Positions 12,642-26,800 of a DNA stretch of 64,000 bases are shown here, one piece after another; position 1 is the stretch's first letter, and the number at the start of each line of letters is the position of its first letter. A model generated the notes under the pieces. That model had not been told where the DNA came from. It searched no databases and was given only the letters and a program-made list of their open reading frames with translations. This stretch comes from Octopus sinensis. Its lineage: Eukaryota. The stretch lies in assembly GCF_006345805.1 (NCBI RefSeq), contig NC_042999.1:101308001-101372000 (forward strand). The letters are read 5' to 3'. A program made the translations under genes and the position numbers.

Positions 12642-12835
12642 GAGCAGGTGCAGTTATGTGGTTAAGAAGTTCATTTCACAACCAAGTGGTTTCAGGTTCA
12701 TTCCCACTGCATGGTACCTTAGGTGAGTCAAGTGTCAGCTTCTATAGCTTTAAGTCGACTAATGACTTGTGAGGGAAATTTAGAAGACAGAAAGCTTGTG
12801 GAACCCCATCAAGTATATATATATATATGTATATA
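12642..12835 (+). mobile_element. SINE family A, 5' half
   Basis: ggttcattcccactgcatggtacctt...ttgtgag..., ending in (TA)n. Confidence 0.7.
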
Positions 12836-15039
12836 ATTCAATTTTGGGGGATTAATCGATATGAAGAAGTTCTACTTGAGATAATACAAAAATAACCTAA
12901 TGAGTATATCTGACAGTAAATTCATGGTATCAGTTTGCACATAACAAAATAATACTTAAAGGATATAACCAAAATTACCAGCAGGGTGTATAATATACTT
13001 CATTAATTATATCTTACTTTAGTTAATACTTATATTCATTAAATATGAAGGAACTACACGTGTTTCAGTATTGGAAAATTACAATATATATACATATACA
13101 CAACTGTATACCTATGTATATGCAATCATCAGGTTAACAATTATTCCAACACATCTTCAGGTTCTATTTCAAAATATCAGATATCTAATTTTACATCCCT
13201 TTAAAAATAAGCAATACAATTAAGCATTAAAGATTAAAAATTAAGAATTAAGAATGAAAATTATACTCTGTAATATTAAGAATTAAAATTTATAAATTAT
13301 ACATTATGAATATGAATTAGTATATATATATCAATCATGTAAAATCAAGTATATGTCAAATACAGAATGTGAGATAGTCACTTCTCTCAACAAATCATCT
13401 GCTCACTTCACACCTTCAAAGACGTGAAATATTAGAGCTCTTATTTGAAAAGTGTTAGCTACAGAAAGGACATTCAACTGTAAAACAATGCCCCCAAATC
13501 ATATTCCTCTAACCCAGGCTAACACTAAAATAAATTAGTGTGTGTATGTGGGAGTTGAATTTTACCCAAAATTCTATCAGCTCTAACATCTATGACAATA
13601 TGTATTTTATGTAAATAAACCAAATAACACCAAAGTGACTTCTAACTATGGTTGTCATAAGAGTGTATGAAGTTAGATAAGTCTAGCAAACAATTTCCAA
13701 TAAAAAGAACAAAGATGGTCATAGAGGAGTCAGAATAGGGAGGGTAGAGAATCAAGAAGGTACTTCTGAGTGAATTAGGTATGGCACAGTTATCAGAGAA
13801 GATCTTTACACATGTGAAGTTATTTCTAGGTATGATAGCTGTGTGGTAGACGTAATCAAATTCTGATTTAACACCACTATTCAGTCCTTGGTTACCTTTA
13901 GCAGAATTCACTCTGTTGCAAGTATTCAGACCAAGTCTACAGTTCGAGGATACTTTCCTCCTTTCATCCCACCAGTCACAGTAGTCCTGAACAAATAAAG
14001 AGTCACTGGTGCTGGATTTCCCTCCATAATTAAATAGTAAAAAATAAAAATAGGAAGAGTGCTTCACTAGGAATTTGTGTTTATCACCATCTTGGTGGTT
14101 TTACTTTAATGTGTAATGATGATTAAAAAGCATTTGTATGTATGCAAAAAGATCAAATGAGGAACCAGCATTTTAAGGGTTACATTGTCTATGTTATGTC
14201 CAGAATACTGAGGATAAAGACATTAAGTTAATACTTATTTGAATGAGGATCTCTTTTCTTACAAAAAGTAGTGAGGGGGTGATGGTTATATGCCAAAGTT
14301 TCTAAGTATTTACCTATTCAGAAGTTAAGATTGTAAAGCTTCATTAATACAAAAAATTAATTCTAGAAAACATTGTTTAAAAGAAACAGCTGAAATGTCA
14401 TCTGTAATAGATTTATAATGATAGTTCAATAAAATTAAATATCTGTGCATGTTCTTACTACCAAAAAGTAAGATTCATGTATTTCCAATTAAATATATTG
14501 ATAGGAATCTTTTGCAGTACTAAACTAAGCGTGATATGTTGCTTTCATTACTTGAGTTTTGTTTAGCTGAGTTTGTCAAAAGGTTATCAATTTTGCTATC
14601 AACCAATATTTTTCAAGCCAGTTTTGTTACATTGTTTTGTTTACACTATTACTTTGATGTATTTTTAATTTGTTACAACTCAATCAATCATTATTTTATC
14701 TATTCCAAATGAGTGTGATTGACTTTTTTATATTCTGGATCATCCATCAATGATGACTGCTCTTACTGGTATTAGCAGAGTGAAATATGGTTTGTGATGT
14801 TCATGCCTTTTCAAAAAGTGTCAGTGACATAAATGACATGAAACAACCCTAAAAAATCAGTTATGCAATCAGTATATCAACAAGTTCCATAAGACTTCAA
14901 AATGCCCCACAACCATAATAATCTTTACCATATAATACTATTTCTTGCATCAATACATTGTAGTAAATGTTTAAGCTCAAACTGCAATTATATTTGAAAA
15001 TATACTATCAACTGTTTAGTATAAAGTATAAATGGGTTT

Positions 15040-15290
15040 TTTTATCAACCATAAAGGATAAGAGACAAATTTGTTATTTAACCTCAGGAACCCCAGATTC
15101 AAGACACTTAGAATCAAACATACACCAGGCATGGACATCACTGCCTCATTTGTTTTTCTTTTTTAGACAATGCATCTAGGCTACATTATCCAATGTGTCC
15201 TTCCTTTTTTTTTACTTTAGACAAGCAGTATATTGTGGTATGAAGATTTGATAGCTATTTCAGGCAAGTCAAGTCACCATATATATTGCC
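15040..15290 (-). mobile_element. SINE-like family C (representative copy)
   Basis: Shares catccaatgtgtccttcc and gaagatttgatagctatttc blocks with copies near 7030-7190, 17690-17830, 33570-33770, 34280-34490, 50520-50700, 55130-55345 and 62800-63000. Confidence 0.55.
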
Positions 15291-16079
15291 TCATTAGAAC
15301 AGGAACTCAAATCTTTAAAGTATCAGAATGAAATATAAAATAAGCTCTCCATTGTCTAGGTAATTTCTACATCCTTAGAAACAACAGTAATTCTGATGCA
15401 TTAAGTGATATTAAACCAGGAGAGAAACAGGAAATTATGACATCAATATTTTTCCCACAAATATTGATTATGTTAATGTGATATGAAACATGACTCTTTT
15501 AAATTTCATTGACAAATAAAATTCTTCATTGTTGTTTATTAGGTAGAAATTGCCAGCCTTGATTAAAATTAATTGCATAGGTGTAGCCAATTAAAGATTT
15601 AACAGCAAGCTGGAAATGCAATATAGATATAATTTAAAAAAAAGAAAAAAGAGAAAAAATAGTATAAAAGTAAAACAATGTTTTATTAAACTGCATTGTT
15701 TTAGCTTTCTAAAATATGTTAAAATTTCACAGAACCTAAAACTCAACTTTGAATACAAATTACATCCAGCTAGATTATTTGTGGTTATATATTTGGTTTA
15801 TTTAACAATTCTTAACATTTCTGAGAAAATGATTTTGAAATGAAGCTATCCATCTATAAAACTAACAGGCTATTAGTAAAGAATGTTAGACAATACTGAC
15901 TTATTTGCTTGGCAGAAAGTTTAACATGCTACTATTGAATATTTCAGTTAAATGATCAAGCACCAATAAAGATAAGTGAATTTCTATACATCCTTCATTT
16001 TGATGAAAAAGCATTTTGCAGAGATTAACAATTTAAAAGAAATTTTTAAAAATAATAAAACAATGTTTTATTATTTTCT

Positions 16080-16761
16080 TTGAAATTTCAGCATCCATAT
16101 CTCAGTACATATTCACCGTGTGCCCAAATTAAATGTACTCCATTAATTCCTCGATTTCATTGCTTTCCACCTCTGTTCAGCTTTGTGTTATATCTTCTGA
16201 CTGCACTTATTTTGTTTTCATGTGATTTGTTTTAAGAAGTTCTGTTCAGCTCTGAGTGTCCAGCTCTGTCAGTGTGGTCTGCAGCTGGTCTGTGGTTTCA
16301 TTCATGGGTACAATGTCATCTGAGTAATGGAAGTGTGCTAGTTGCTCACTATTGATGTTCACACCATTTGTCCAGTCAATATCCTTGATGATCACTTCTA
16401 GATATGCTATAAAGACCTTTGGAGCGATAGTATCTCTTTGCTTGACACCCTTCTCAAATGGGACCCTTGCTGGTGGTGATGGCAGAGATATATCTGTTGT
16501 ACATCCAGGCTTGCATTTTCAGAAATTTCAACACTATGTTCATCTGAATGCTATCAAAAGGTCTTTTCATAATCAACAAAAGCAATACACAGAGGGAGCT
16601 AGTATTCATTCACTCATTCTATGGGCTGTGTCAGAGTGAATAAAGTGAGTATGTGATTTCTCAAACTATAGTTCTTACAGAAACTTGTTTGCTCTCTCAG
16701 CTATTGGCCATTGAAGTGTTTTGATAGTTTGATGACTATGATCTTTGTATACAGATTATTG
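16080..16761 (-). pseudogene. RTE-clade reverse transcriptase core remnant (inverted segment)
   Basis: Minus strand: LPLCIAFVDYEKTFD..., KGVKQRDTIAPKVFIAYLEVIIKDIDWTNGVNINSEQLAHFHYSDDIV (YADD-type motif), ...EYI*FGHTVNM..DMDAEIS. Confidence 0.8.
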
Positions 16762-17230
16762 ATGGAAAGCATTTAACTCAATAGAGGATGTCCTCAAAAC
16801 AAAGTTGGACAATACCATACATAACAGACTCTTCAATAGCATCGTCCTACCTGCACTTTTATACACAGATGTGGACTACTACAAAAAGGACAGAACATCA
16901 ATTGATTATAATGCAAAGGGCCATGGAAGGATCCATGCTAGGACTATCATTACAAGAGCCATTCAAAATGAGATAATTCAAGAATGGAACAAACAACAAT
17001 GTGATCACAGAGTACTGAAAGCACAAGTTCCACTGGGTTGGACATGCCGCAAGGTTCATAGATAACAAGTGGACTTGTGCAGTGGCCAAGTGGTATCCAA
17101 GAGATCACAAAATGCCACATGGAAGGTTTCCATGATGATGGGAAGATAATTTAGTTAAGCAATTTGGGTCAAGATGGAAAAGAAAAGCACACTGAAAACA
17201 GAATTAGAAGCACATTGTGACTAGCAGTGT
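16762..17230 (+). pseudogene. RTE-clade ORF C-terminal remnant
   Basis: WKAFNSIEDVLKTKLDNTIHNRLFNSIVLPALLY ... IMQRAMEGSMLG ... KFHWVGHAARFIDNKWTCAVAKWYPRD. Confidence 0.8.
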
Positions 17231-18987
17231 ACAACAGCATCTGATAGTCTGGTTGGTACTCTGATATGTTCTATTAGATCACACTATTTTGGCTTTCTAA
17301 TCTGTTAAAATAGATGTAACCTAATAGTAAGCTGTGTACAATCCTTATCAAATCTAGTCAATGTATCTGCCTTTCTTCACCCTCCCATGCCTACTGTGTA
17401 TCATAGTCCAAGATCCATACCAAATATTTTTTCTTAATTTTTTTCCTTTCCTGAACTAAAAATTTCTCAAACTCCTTTCCTGCTCAACTAATCAATTACA
17501 GAGAGAATCCATCTAAAAGACACCAATATAGTTTCCATTGGCCCAGTTTCTCTCATTTATGTATGGATCAACCTGGTATACAGAAAATGATTTTTGCCTA
17601 AGGTACCATGCAGTGGGATTGAACATGAGACCTCATAGTTGCAAAGCTAAATTCTTGAAGAGACCAGTTTATACAGGCAGTAAGCCCCAAGTCAACTTTG
17701 ATTGAGCAGTCTTATGATCAAAAGCATTCCAGTTCCAACAATTTTATCTAATTATATTTTTTCAGGCACAGTGCATAAGAAGCTCATAATCCAATGTGTT
17801 TTTGCTTTTGTATGACAGCAGGGCATTAGATAGTTTATGCTACTCAAGATATGAAGTTGTCATCACAAAATTAACACTGAAGGTAGAAATATGGATGAAT
17901 ATAGTTGTACATGTTATCATCACACTCAAATATTTGCTATCTCTAAAGACTTCTACACTGTTACTTTGATATTTGTAAACTCCACTTTCTATGTAGGCAA
18001 AAAGATGTATGAACTGCAGCAGCTTTGGAAAATTTGTCAGAGAATTTAGAATTTCTGGTTTAACATTTTAATGATGATGATAGCAGCTCGCAGCTCACAA
18101 AGACAATGAAGAAAGAAATTATGAGTTGAGGAGAATGACTCAGCAGTGCTCATTCATCAGCTGCCAAAGAACATTTGCTTTAAGTACAAGTTTGAGAATG
18201 TCAGTTACTTTGTCAACAGTCCATTTGGAACTACCTATAATTAATGCCATAGGTATCAATTGAAATCCCATTAACAGTACATAATCCTGATCTACATCAA
18301 CTGTTATATAAAGCTATTGGAAATATCTATTCAACCTTATTAGCAAATGAATTAGTAGCAGTATACTGTGTCAATTACAACCAACTATATGATGTTGGTA
18401 CCTGAAATAGCCAACTATTTGAATCATTAAAAAAATTTCAATGCCACCTCTTTGCTGCTATCCTAAAATAGGAGAATCATAATTGGAATGTCTTTGATCA
18501 TAAGTCTACTCAATCAGAATTAAACTGGAGCTAACTAGAACTAAAACAACTAAAAAAAAAAAAATAAAGAATCCTTGCCCATTATTCTAAAAAAAAGTTT
18601 TCAACCAAAGCCATTTAGTTGTCCAAAGAAATGAATGAGTTTTTCCAGAATGTTAAGCAGACACTAGCAGACTTAACTGCTTTTATCATTCTAACCTTAA
18701 GTTGCCCACATTTGATATCTCCAGTGTCACCATTAATGCAATATTAAAACATTTACAAAGGATAAACCACAGTAACCATTAGCATTCTTAAAACAGTAAT
18801 TCTAAGCTCTATGCCTTTCTTATCTTTTCCAATTCTGGTTACAATACAGAAAGTGATATTTTCCATAAAAACCAACCACAAGTCATGTAAGTGTCTAAAT
18901 CTACAAGATGTTTTTAATAAAACTTCATTTTGTAGGACTATTAGCCTCGTCTTATTTTCAGGGAAGAAAAATGTTTTAATAATTACA

Positions 18988-19136
18988 TCTTGTGTGTTAA
19001 GAAGCTTGCTTCCCAACCACATGGTTCCAGATTCAGTCCCACTGCATGGCACCTTGGGCAAGTGTCTTCTACTATAGCCTCAGGCTGACCAAAGCTTTGT
19101 GAGTGGATTTGGTATATGGAAACTGAAAAAAGCCTG

Positions 19137-19173
<37 letters not shown>

Positions 19174-19365
19174 TTGTGCATTTGTGTTTGTCCTCCCACC
19201 ATCACTTGACAACTGATGTTGGTATGTTTACATACCCATAACTTAGCAGTTTGGCACAAGAGACTAATAGAATAAGTACTAGGCTTACTCCTGAGGTCGA
19301 TACATTCAACTAAAAGCAGTGCTCCAGCATAGCTGCAGTCAAATGACTGAAATAAGTTGAAGAAT
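18988..19365 (+). mobile_element. SINE family A
   Basis: Near full-length homolog with central (TA)n and a ...aaatgactgaaataag tail. Confidence 0.9.
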
Positions 19366-19524
19366 ACCATATTTCAATCAGAGATTATGCCAAACAAAAT
19401 GCAGAATAAACGTAAATATTGAAAAATCTTTCATCGTTAAAAATGAAGTCAACAGTGCTAAAAATTACAATCTTAATCATAGACACTTACTTTTGCTAAA
19501 TCAAAGGCATCAGACATTTAGTCC

Positions 19525-19765
19525 ATACATCTCTCACCCTTGATACGGCCTGTCTCTCTTTTCTTCACACCAAACTATGAAGCTCAATCTTTCAACTCCA
19601 AAACCTTCGCTATCAAGAATCTCCTTCCTGCTCATGTCTTTCCAGCAGATGTTGATTTTAAATGGAACATTAATGACATTAACCTTACTGGTCTTAAAGA
19701 ACTCACAAGCATCATGGTCTCTGACCATTCTTCCAGAATGGCAAGTGAAAAGAAAAAGAAAAGGA
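19525..19765 (+). mobile_element. CR1-type LINE extreme 3' end
   Basis: ...NLLPAHVFPADVDFKWNINDINLT (CR1 WN.LP..VFP...FK..IN motif) followed by an A-rich tail. Confidence 0.6.
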
Positions 19766-20284
19766 ACATCCAAGTTTACCACTAAAAATATATTACTGAG
19801 AAAGAAAATTCTATCATGACTTGCTGTTTATGATAATAAACATGGTGAAATTTGTTAGATGGATACTGTACAGAAGTCTGTTACATGAGGGGTATGGGTG
19901 TGCACACACACACACACACAAACGTGTGTGTGTGTATGAGTGTTTTTTCCTCACATCATCACAGTAATGTAATGCTTACTCTCCCATAAACATAACATCC
20001 AATATCTTGGGAGTTTTGATGATTTTGATATGTAATGACCAATGAAATGAAAATACCTTCCATGGAAAATAGGTGAGGGTCAGTAGCAGGAAGGGCTTCT
20101 GACTATAGAAAACTGCCTCAATAAGTCCCATCTAACCCACACCTACATGAAAAAAAAACTAAAAACAATGATAATGAGGAGAAGGAGAGAATGCCCAAAT
20201 ATACAAGAATAACTAAGTGAATAACTAAAAAATAAACAAGAACAACCAACAAAGTAACAAATAAACATAATTATTCTGTGAGGA

Positions 20285-20830
20285 TGCATTCAACGTTTTG
20301 GATTGTGGTTCTTTGTCAAGAAAAGAAAGAGAACAGGGATGACAAACAGGAAAACAATATCAAGTGTGCCATGAAGTTGCATGATGAAATGGCAGAAGTG
20401 GCGCAGAACATGGTTTCAGAAAGGAAAATGGTAGTTGAGGGAGATAAGCATCAGAATGAGACATGTAGTATGTGTAAGCATGTTATGTATGGGGGAGTGA
20501 GAAAATGAGAAAGTGTAAGAAGTCAAATGTGTGGGGAGTTGGTTGTACATCTGTGAGCAAGTGGGTTGTGCATGAATGTGCATAGCGGGAAGATGTGAAT
20601 ATGGCATAGTGCTGAATGAGTGGTGTGAGTTGATACAATGAAGTATTGCCTGGGTAGTATGAACAATAATACATAAAAGAGTGGGATGTAATGTGTAGGG
20701 GGAATAGGTTTATGTGTGAATGGAATGAAGTAACAGTGTGTGAATGAGTGGATATGATGAACTGCTCTATGAGTGTATGGTAGAGGCATAGTGGTGTGTG
20801 TTGAGGTGGGGAGCAGGACAATTTGAAGTG
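20285..20830 (-). mobile_element. C/A-rich decayed element, possibly a Penelope-like 3' region
   Basis: Strong strand asymmetry; the minus-strand end cttgacaaagaaccacaatccaaaacgttg looks like a CpG-decayed minimal hammerhead. Confidence 0.3.
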
Positions 20831-21353
20831 CATATGAAAGCAGTTATTGTTGTGTGAGGGAACTTTTCTGAAAAGGCATTGTTTTTAAAAACAAAAATGC
20901 AGCCTGATTATAGCTGAGGCAACTATGTTTAAAGTGGAAAATTATTTTGTGTTCATAATGCAAGCAGGAAATGGGACTTCTATTATATTGAATAATCCCA
21001 TAGACAGCAAGACAAAGGTAGATCTGGCCTGGAGAATTGAAGTGACAAGTCTACTTCAGTTAGCTCTCACTCTTGCTAGAAGACCCCATCCTACCTACTT
21101 CTGCTGTACCCATTTTCATTGTCATTTCACCATGTTACCCCTCTTCTCTATTCTTTGCTTTACAACAAACCTCCATTTGAAATATTGAATTCTCCTCCTT
21201 TTCCACAGGGTAATTAATTATACTTTTGCTATTTTGCTTTGTTTTTCTCTGTTTGATTCTCTACAGGTTTGACTTTACATGGATATTCTATTACCATAGA
21301 AATGTAGATATCTCAGATTGCCATTAAATACGAAGCTTACTTTGACAATAATG

Positions 21354-22077
21354 TATCAAGTGCATTCCAGAAGTTTTAAGACTTTTTTTAGGTGAAGCAA
21401 CAGTAATTGTCTTAGATAACTGTAATTTTGGTATATCATTACTATACATCTAAGAAACTGACTCGTCAACTTTCATTATTCCAGATTGAATGAGATGTCT
21501 GTAACAGAACTTTGAATACATCCTATTAAACCTTACTTATCACAGCTAACTAGTTTGCAGAATGTAGTCAAGATGTTTGGAAGCTTACTATCCAACAAAG
21601 TTTTGTGTTATACTAGGTAAAAATACTCCAGAAACATGAAATGCTCCAGACTGCTTGCGGATTAACGTTTTCACTGACACAAGAGGTTGAAGGACAACAG
21701 AGCAGAAATGAGAGATGATGAGAGGTGTGGAAGGGAGAGGGATATCAGAAGATCAGAGCTGCTTGAGAAAACTTGTAATTTTCTGGGTGAAGAACATTGT
21801 GTTTCTATAAAGGCAGTAAGCATGCAGCTTGGAGTTTGAGTAGCAACTGTACACAGAATTATTCATAAAGATCAGAATGTTCAAAATTTGTTCAAGGTTT
21901 GTTCCCAGTAACCAACAACTTGACAGAGACGAGAATCAAAACTGTCCTTCATTTTGGAGGACTTCCATGGAGCTTTCACAAAGTGGTTGGAGCTCTACAA
22001 CAAGTGCATTGAAGTCACAAATTAGAGTTTTGACTTCCCTGAAAAGGTTTCAAAACTTCTGAAATGCATCTTGACTA
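21354..22077 (+). mobile_element. Internally deleted mariner DNA transposon
   Basis: TIRs tcaagtgcattccagaagtttt and aaaacttctgaaatgcatcttga; transposase remnants MRDDERCGR...VATVHRIIHKD...RFVP and the C-terminal DFHGAFTKWLELYNKCIE. Confidence 0.8.
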
Positions 22078-23384
22078 TTTCTAATAAAACTGCCTGTATG
22101 TTTCAGTTAAATTCAAATATAATCAAGATTTTGGAGGGAATTTAGTAAAGTTACTATGATGATATACATATTGGTTATTATTGTTTTGCCTCAAGTCAGC
22201 TTTAGTATAGTTGGTTTCTGGCAGGTTAACAGATTTATGAAATGATATTAGACTAAGTAGATGTGGAGAGTATTTATTTAGTGAAATAGAAACATATATT
22301 TGCAAATGCTAAGCTTGTATTTGAATGTAATGAATCCAGATTTCAGTTAAACAATGGAGAATTTTTCAAACATCAAATGCTTCTTTCAAGAGAAAAGACA
22401 GTATTCTCATAAGAAACAAATATAAAGATAACAAGGAAAGCTAAAAACATTGAGCAAAATTAAATCACTAGAAATTTACATTTAATTCAATTATACTTTT
22501 CAGGTTAGTTCTTTTGCATAGTCATAACAACAATGATTTGATAACTAGAAAGAAATTAAGAAAAACATTTCAACAAGAAATGTCTCCAAAGTGCAGCAAT
22601 TTGGCAAAGTTGTTAGAGAGGCTAGAATACTTTGTAGAATGTGCTGATTCTCTGCCTTTTTAGTTCAAAAGTTCAAATCCTGGTAAGGTCAACTTGATAA
22701 ACTATGCTATATTCATCCTTTCAGGCAGGATAAATAAAATACTAGTTTAGGATGGTGGTCTTGTCACTGGAAAAGTAAGCAGTAACATTTCTGTCAGGAT
22801 TTGCTAACCTCATGTAGGATCAACAATTGAAAAGCTTTCCCTCCAATACAGCCAGGCTCATAACACCACAGTTCAGTTTGATGAACAATGATGCAATATG
22901 ATCTCTCCAATTTCAAATATCTTTCATATACCATATTTTACAATACCTTCATTTTTATCCCTATTTTTTGAAAAATTAATATACTTTTAATTTAATTTCA
23001 GATACATCAATTAAAGAATCAACAACTTGATAAACTTTGCAAAATCAAATTAATCTAAAAATCAAATAGATTTTAAAAATGAGTAAAAGCAAAAACATGC
23101 TTCCATGATAAAGCTAGTAAGACATTTGAAGTATTTCAGAGTAAATTTGATGTCATAAACTGAGAGTTAAATATAGAACATAATGCGATAATTTGAACAA
23201 ATGAACAAATAAATGTTAGGGATACAATTAAATTTCCTTAGATTTTCAATAAAAATGCATCTTGCTTTTTCTTTCATTATATGATTCTATATACATTCAT
23301 ATATCATTTGAAACTCCAGATATCTTAGCAATAAACAAAATTACAAACTAAACATGACAGGTTGTGATTTTTGGGAACAGCTCT

Positions 23385-23760
23385 CAAGAAGCTCAAAGTC
23401 TATTCTCTCCAAAGCTAACATGAAAGCTATATCATTTGTATGATGTGGAAAATATTCCAGCAGCATTGCTCATGGCAATGCAGTTGGAATATTAAAATTC
23501 ACCCAAGGCTTAATCCCCAAGCCATCCATCCTCTACAAAACAATCATGCTTGCATCGCACCACAACACTAAGACAGAACTATTTCACCTCAACTGGCCCT
23601 GCTCACTTTAACATCATGCCAAGACACATTAGGGAAGAAAAGGCTCTCATAACATTGAAATGGCTCTTAAACGAATACCACCAACAAACTCAAGATAAAC
23701 CAGCTATACCTGGATATATCACTGCAAACAATAACTCTTTACTCATATGAGTTATGGTTC
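23385..23760 (+). mobile_element. CR1/L2-group LINE 3' coding remnant
   Basis: LKKLKVYSLQ ... TLRQNYFTSTGPAHFNIMPRHIREEK ... DKPAIPGYITANNNSL. Confidence 0.7.
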
Positions 23761-24054
23761 CCAAAGAATAGTTGTTATATGAAACATCATTAAAAGTCTT
23801 TTACAAAAGTGATACAATTAATTTAGTCATGATTTGGGGCCAATTCTGGTTGAAAGATATCTAACTATATAAGCTTATTTTTATTTGTATAAAAGCTATG
23901 TATGTGTATGTTGTGTGTGTGTGTGAGTGTGTGTGCATGTCATACACACCCACACACCTACATATATCTATAAACAACATACATAAATATAAAAGAGATT
24001 TTTATATATAAATATATATATAGATAAAACAATATCCATACATATCTTTTATCG

Positions 24055-24350
24055 TTTCAAATGAATCAACCCCAATGCCTTCTTTTTTAAGCCTTGTGCT
24101 TATTTTATTTGTCTCTTTTGCCAAACTGCTAAATTATGGGGACATAAACACACCAGCACCAGTTGTTAAGCAGTGGTGGGGGACAAACACACACATATGC
24201 ACACAAACACACACACACACACACACATGATAAGCTCCTTTCAGTCTCTGTTTACCAAATCCATTTACAAGACTAAAGTCAGCCCAAGGCTATAGTAGAA
24301 GTCACTTGCCCAAGACATTACACAATGAGATTGAACCCAGAACCATGCTT
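24055..24350 (-). mobile_element. SINE family A
   Basis: Reverse-complement homology; central (CA)n. Confidence 0.75.
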
Positions 24351-26713
24351 GCACCTTTATATATTCTTGAGAATAAAATGTTTCTTTCTGTTTATAAAAA
24401 CTTGTCTGTGAAGTATATAAGAATTATGATGAAATATGGCAGCAAAATATATACAGTGAATAGAAACAACACGAAGTGACTGAGTTAAGAGTGGTTTTAT
24501 GTGAACTTATGAAAAAGGAATGTTATAAAGGAATTGGAAAAGAAATTAACTAATGTATGAAGGACAGAGAACTGCATTGTTAGGATATATGATTAGTGCA
24601 AAAGCTTGACACCTGCCAGTTAAAGAAAAGACAGAAATATAATATAATTTATTACATAACTTTCACAGATATATGCACATAGCGTTAACATCCTTAAAAT
24701 TAATATTAAAGAAAATAAATGTTAAAGAAACAGAAAAGTTTTTAAATGAAGTAAGTTGGCTTGTGATAAAGGACAAAATTTACATAGGTAAGCAGTAAGA
24801 AAATAAAGAAAGAAAAAATAACAACAAAAGGAAATTAGTAAATAGATAATCAAAATAGAGGTATGCTCATTGCCTTTATTATAGGTGTTCCCCATTAAAA
24901 AATTCTTGACACACCCTTAAAATTCTCATGACATCTCTGCAGATGATTCCAAGTCAGTGGTACTAGAACAGTGAGGTACCCTTCTGTGCACCAGCTAAGG
25001 TGTTAGTGAGGTGAAATGTTAACGAAATAAAAAAAATCTCCCTTGTCAGTAGTTTTATACTATTAATATAGTATAAGACACAAAAAAAGAGAAGCAGTGA
25101 GAGAAGCTGAGAGAGATTGGTTTGAGAGACAACTTTGCTGATACTGGTGTATAACGTGAATTTTTTATGTATTTTGGGTGAAAATATGTTGTGAGATTGC
25201 AGAAGAGGATAGATAAGAGTAGATCAAAAGAAAGCATTGTATTTGATTGCAAAATGAAACCATAAAAGGTTGGAGCTTATGAATGATATGAAGTAGAATA
25301 AAAATATGAAGAAATTTAGCATTGGAGACTCAAGAAATCTTGGAAGCATGAAAAAAATGTGTCATGGTGGTGGTAGCATCCATGGTGATAGTGATGATGG
25401 GGATGGTGATGATGATGAGAGGAAGAGGAAGAGTGAAAATAAAAAGTGAAGCATACATAATAAAATATGAGAAAAATATCAGACTGATATATAATTCAAT
25501 TTGTGTAATTTTATTTTCATTATTATTTATTTAGAACATATCACTTCATTGATTGGGTAGAATTAATATAATATTCTGTTTAAAAGAAGAATGACTTTCT
25601 TTTCTTTTTTCCTTTCTTTTTTTTTCCGATTTTTTGTTGTTTTGAACTACAGAAACCCAGTCAGTTTTCTTCTCCAGCAAAACCATTCAAAGTTTCAATT
25701 AAATCAAGTTTTAGATTAAATTTGTAGCATACATACTCTTTTAGAATCAATTTAAAACAACATTGCTTTTCAGTTGACACCATTCTCAATCTATGTAACT
25801 TTACTTGATAATTTATCTATTGGTGTTAATCACAGTCTTTGACAATCAAAACAGCAGCATTCCAAATAAAAGCAAGTAGCAATTTATCTAGACAAATACT
25901 GATTGTAAGTAATTAGTCAGAGTATAAAAGAGTAGTTCAGTCTTCAGTCTATCAACCGATTCTGAGCTGCTGTAACAAAAAAAGTTAATTGCTATGATAG
26001 CAATCAAACACAGACAGATTTTAAGCAAAAGTAAAGAGATTAATGTTATCCCAACACAAAAAAAAACACACACACTCTGTGTAGCTAGGTGGATAAGGTG
26101 CCAAACTGTAAACTCAAATTTCATGAGTTAAAATTCAATCATGTCAATGATGAGGTGCATTATTTGACATAAATTAGTGATTCAAGGTAAAAATATATAC
26201 CATTTCCACTATATAGCTGAGTAATTAGTATTAGGAAGGATATCCAAATATAAAATATTCAAAACAATAATCCACATAAATGTCTTAATATGCAGAACTA
26301 TCTAATCTATTAAACTGCTATAATAGAAAACAAATTAACTCATCCTACTTTTTGTATTGTTTTTAAAACCTAGCTTTGGTTAAAACAAAAATAAATGCAA
26401 ATTTTATTCAGAAAATATTCAATAAATTTTTCTTTCATTTTTCTTTTTAAGTTGAAATATGGAAGGTGCATTCCTGATATCATAAATGCACTCTCTATAT
26501 ACTATCAGTCTATGATTTTGAAGCTATTCTACATGCTATGATTACATTTCTTAATGTAATTAATAAAACATTATAAATTAGCTTAAATGATGATTAGCAA
26601 CTCTATAATTTTTATATATAACTATAAGAGACTGCCCTCTGAACAATTTTCTGCTGGTATATTTCATGTCTGCTTGTATGAAACTACTATGATATTCATA
26701 TCTGCCATTATGT

Positions 26714-26759
26714 GTACACACACATACACACACACACACACACATACACACACACACCA

Positions 26760-26799
<40 letters not shown>

Positions 26800-26800
26800 C
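26714..26800. repeat. (CA)n compound microsatellite
   Basis: Directly visible. Confidence 0.95.

Noticed and set aside
22513-22540. ttgcatagtca, matching the 5' end of miR-153
   Set aside because: The match stops after 11 nt and there is no hairpin partner arm.
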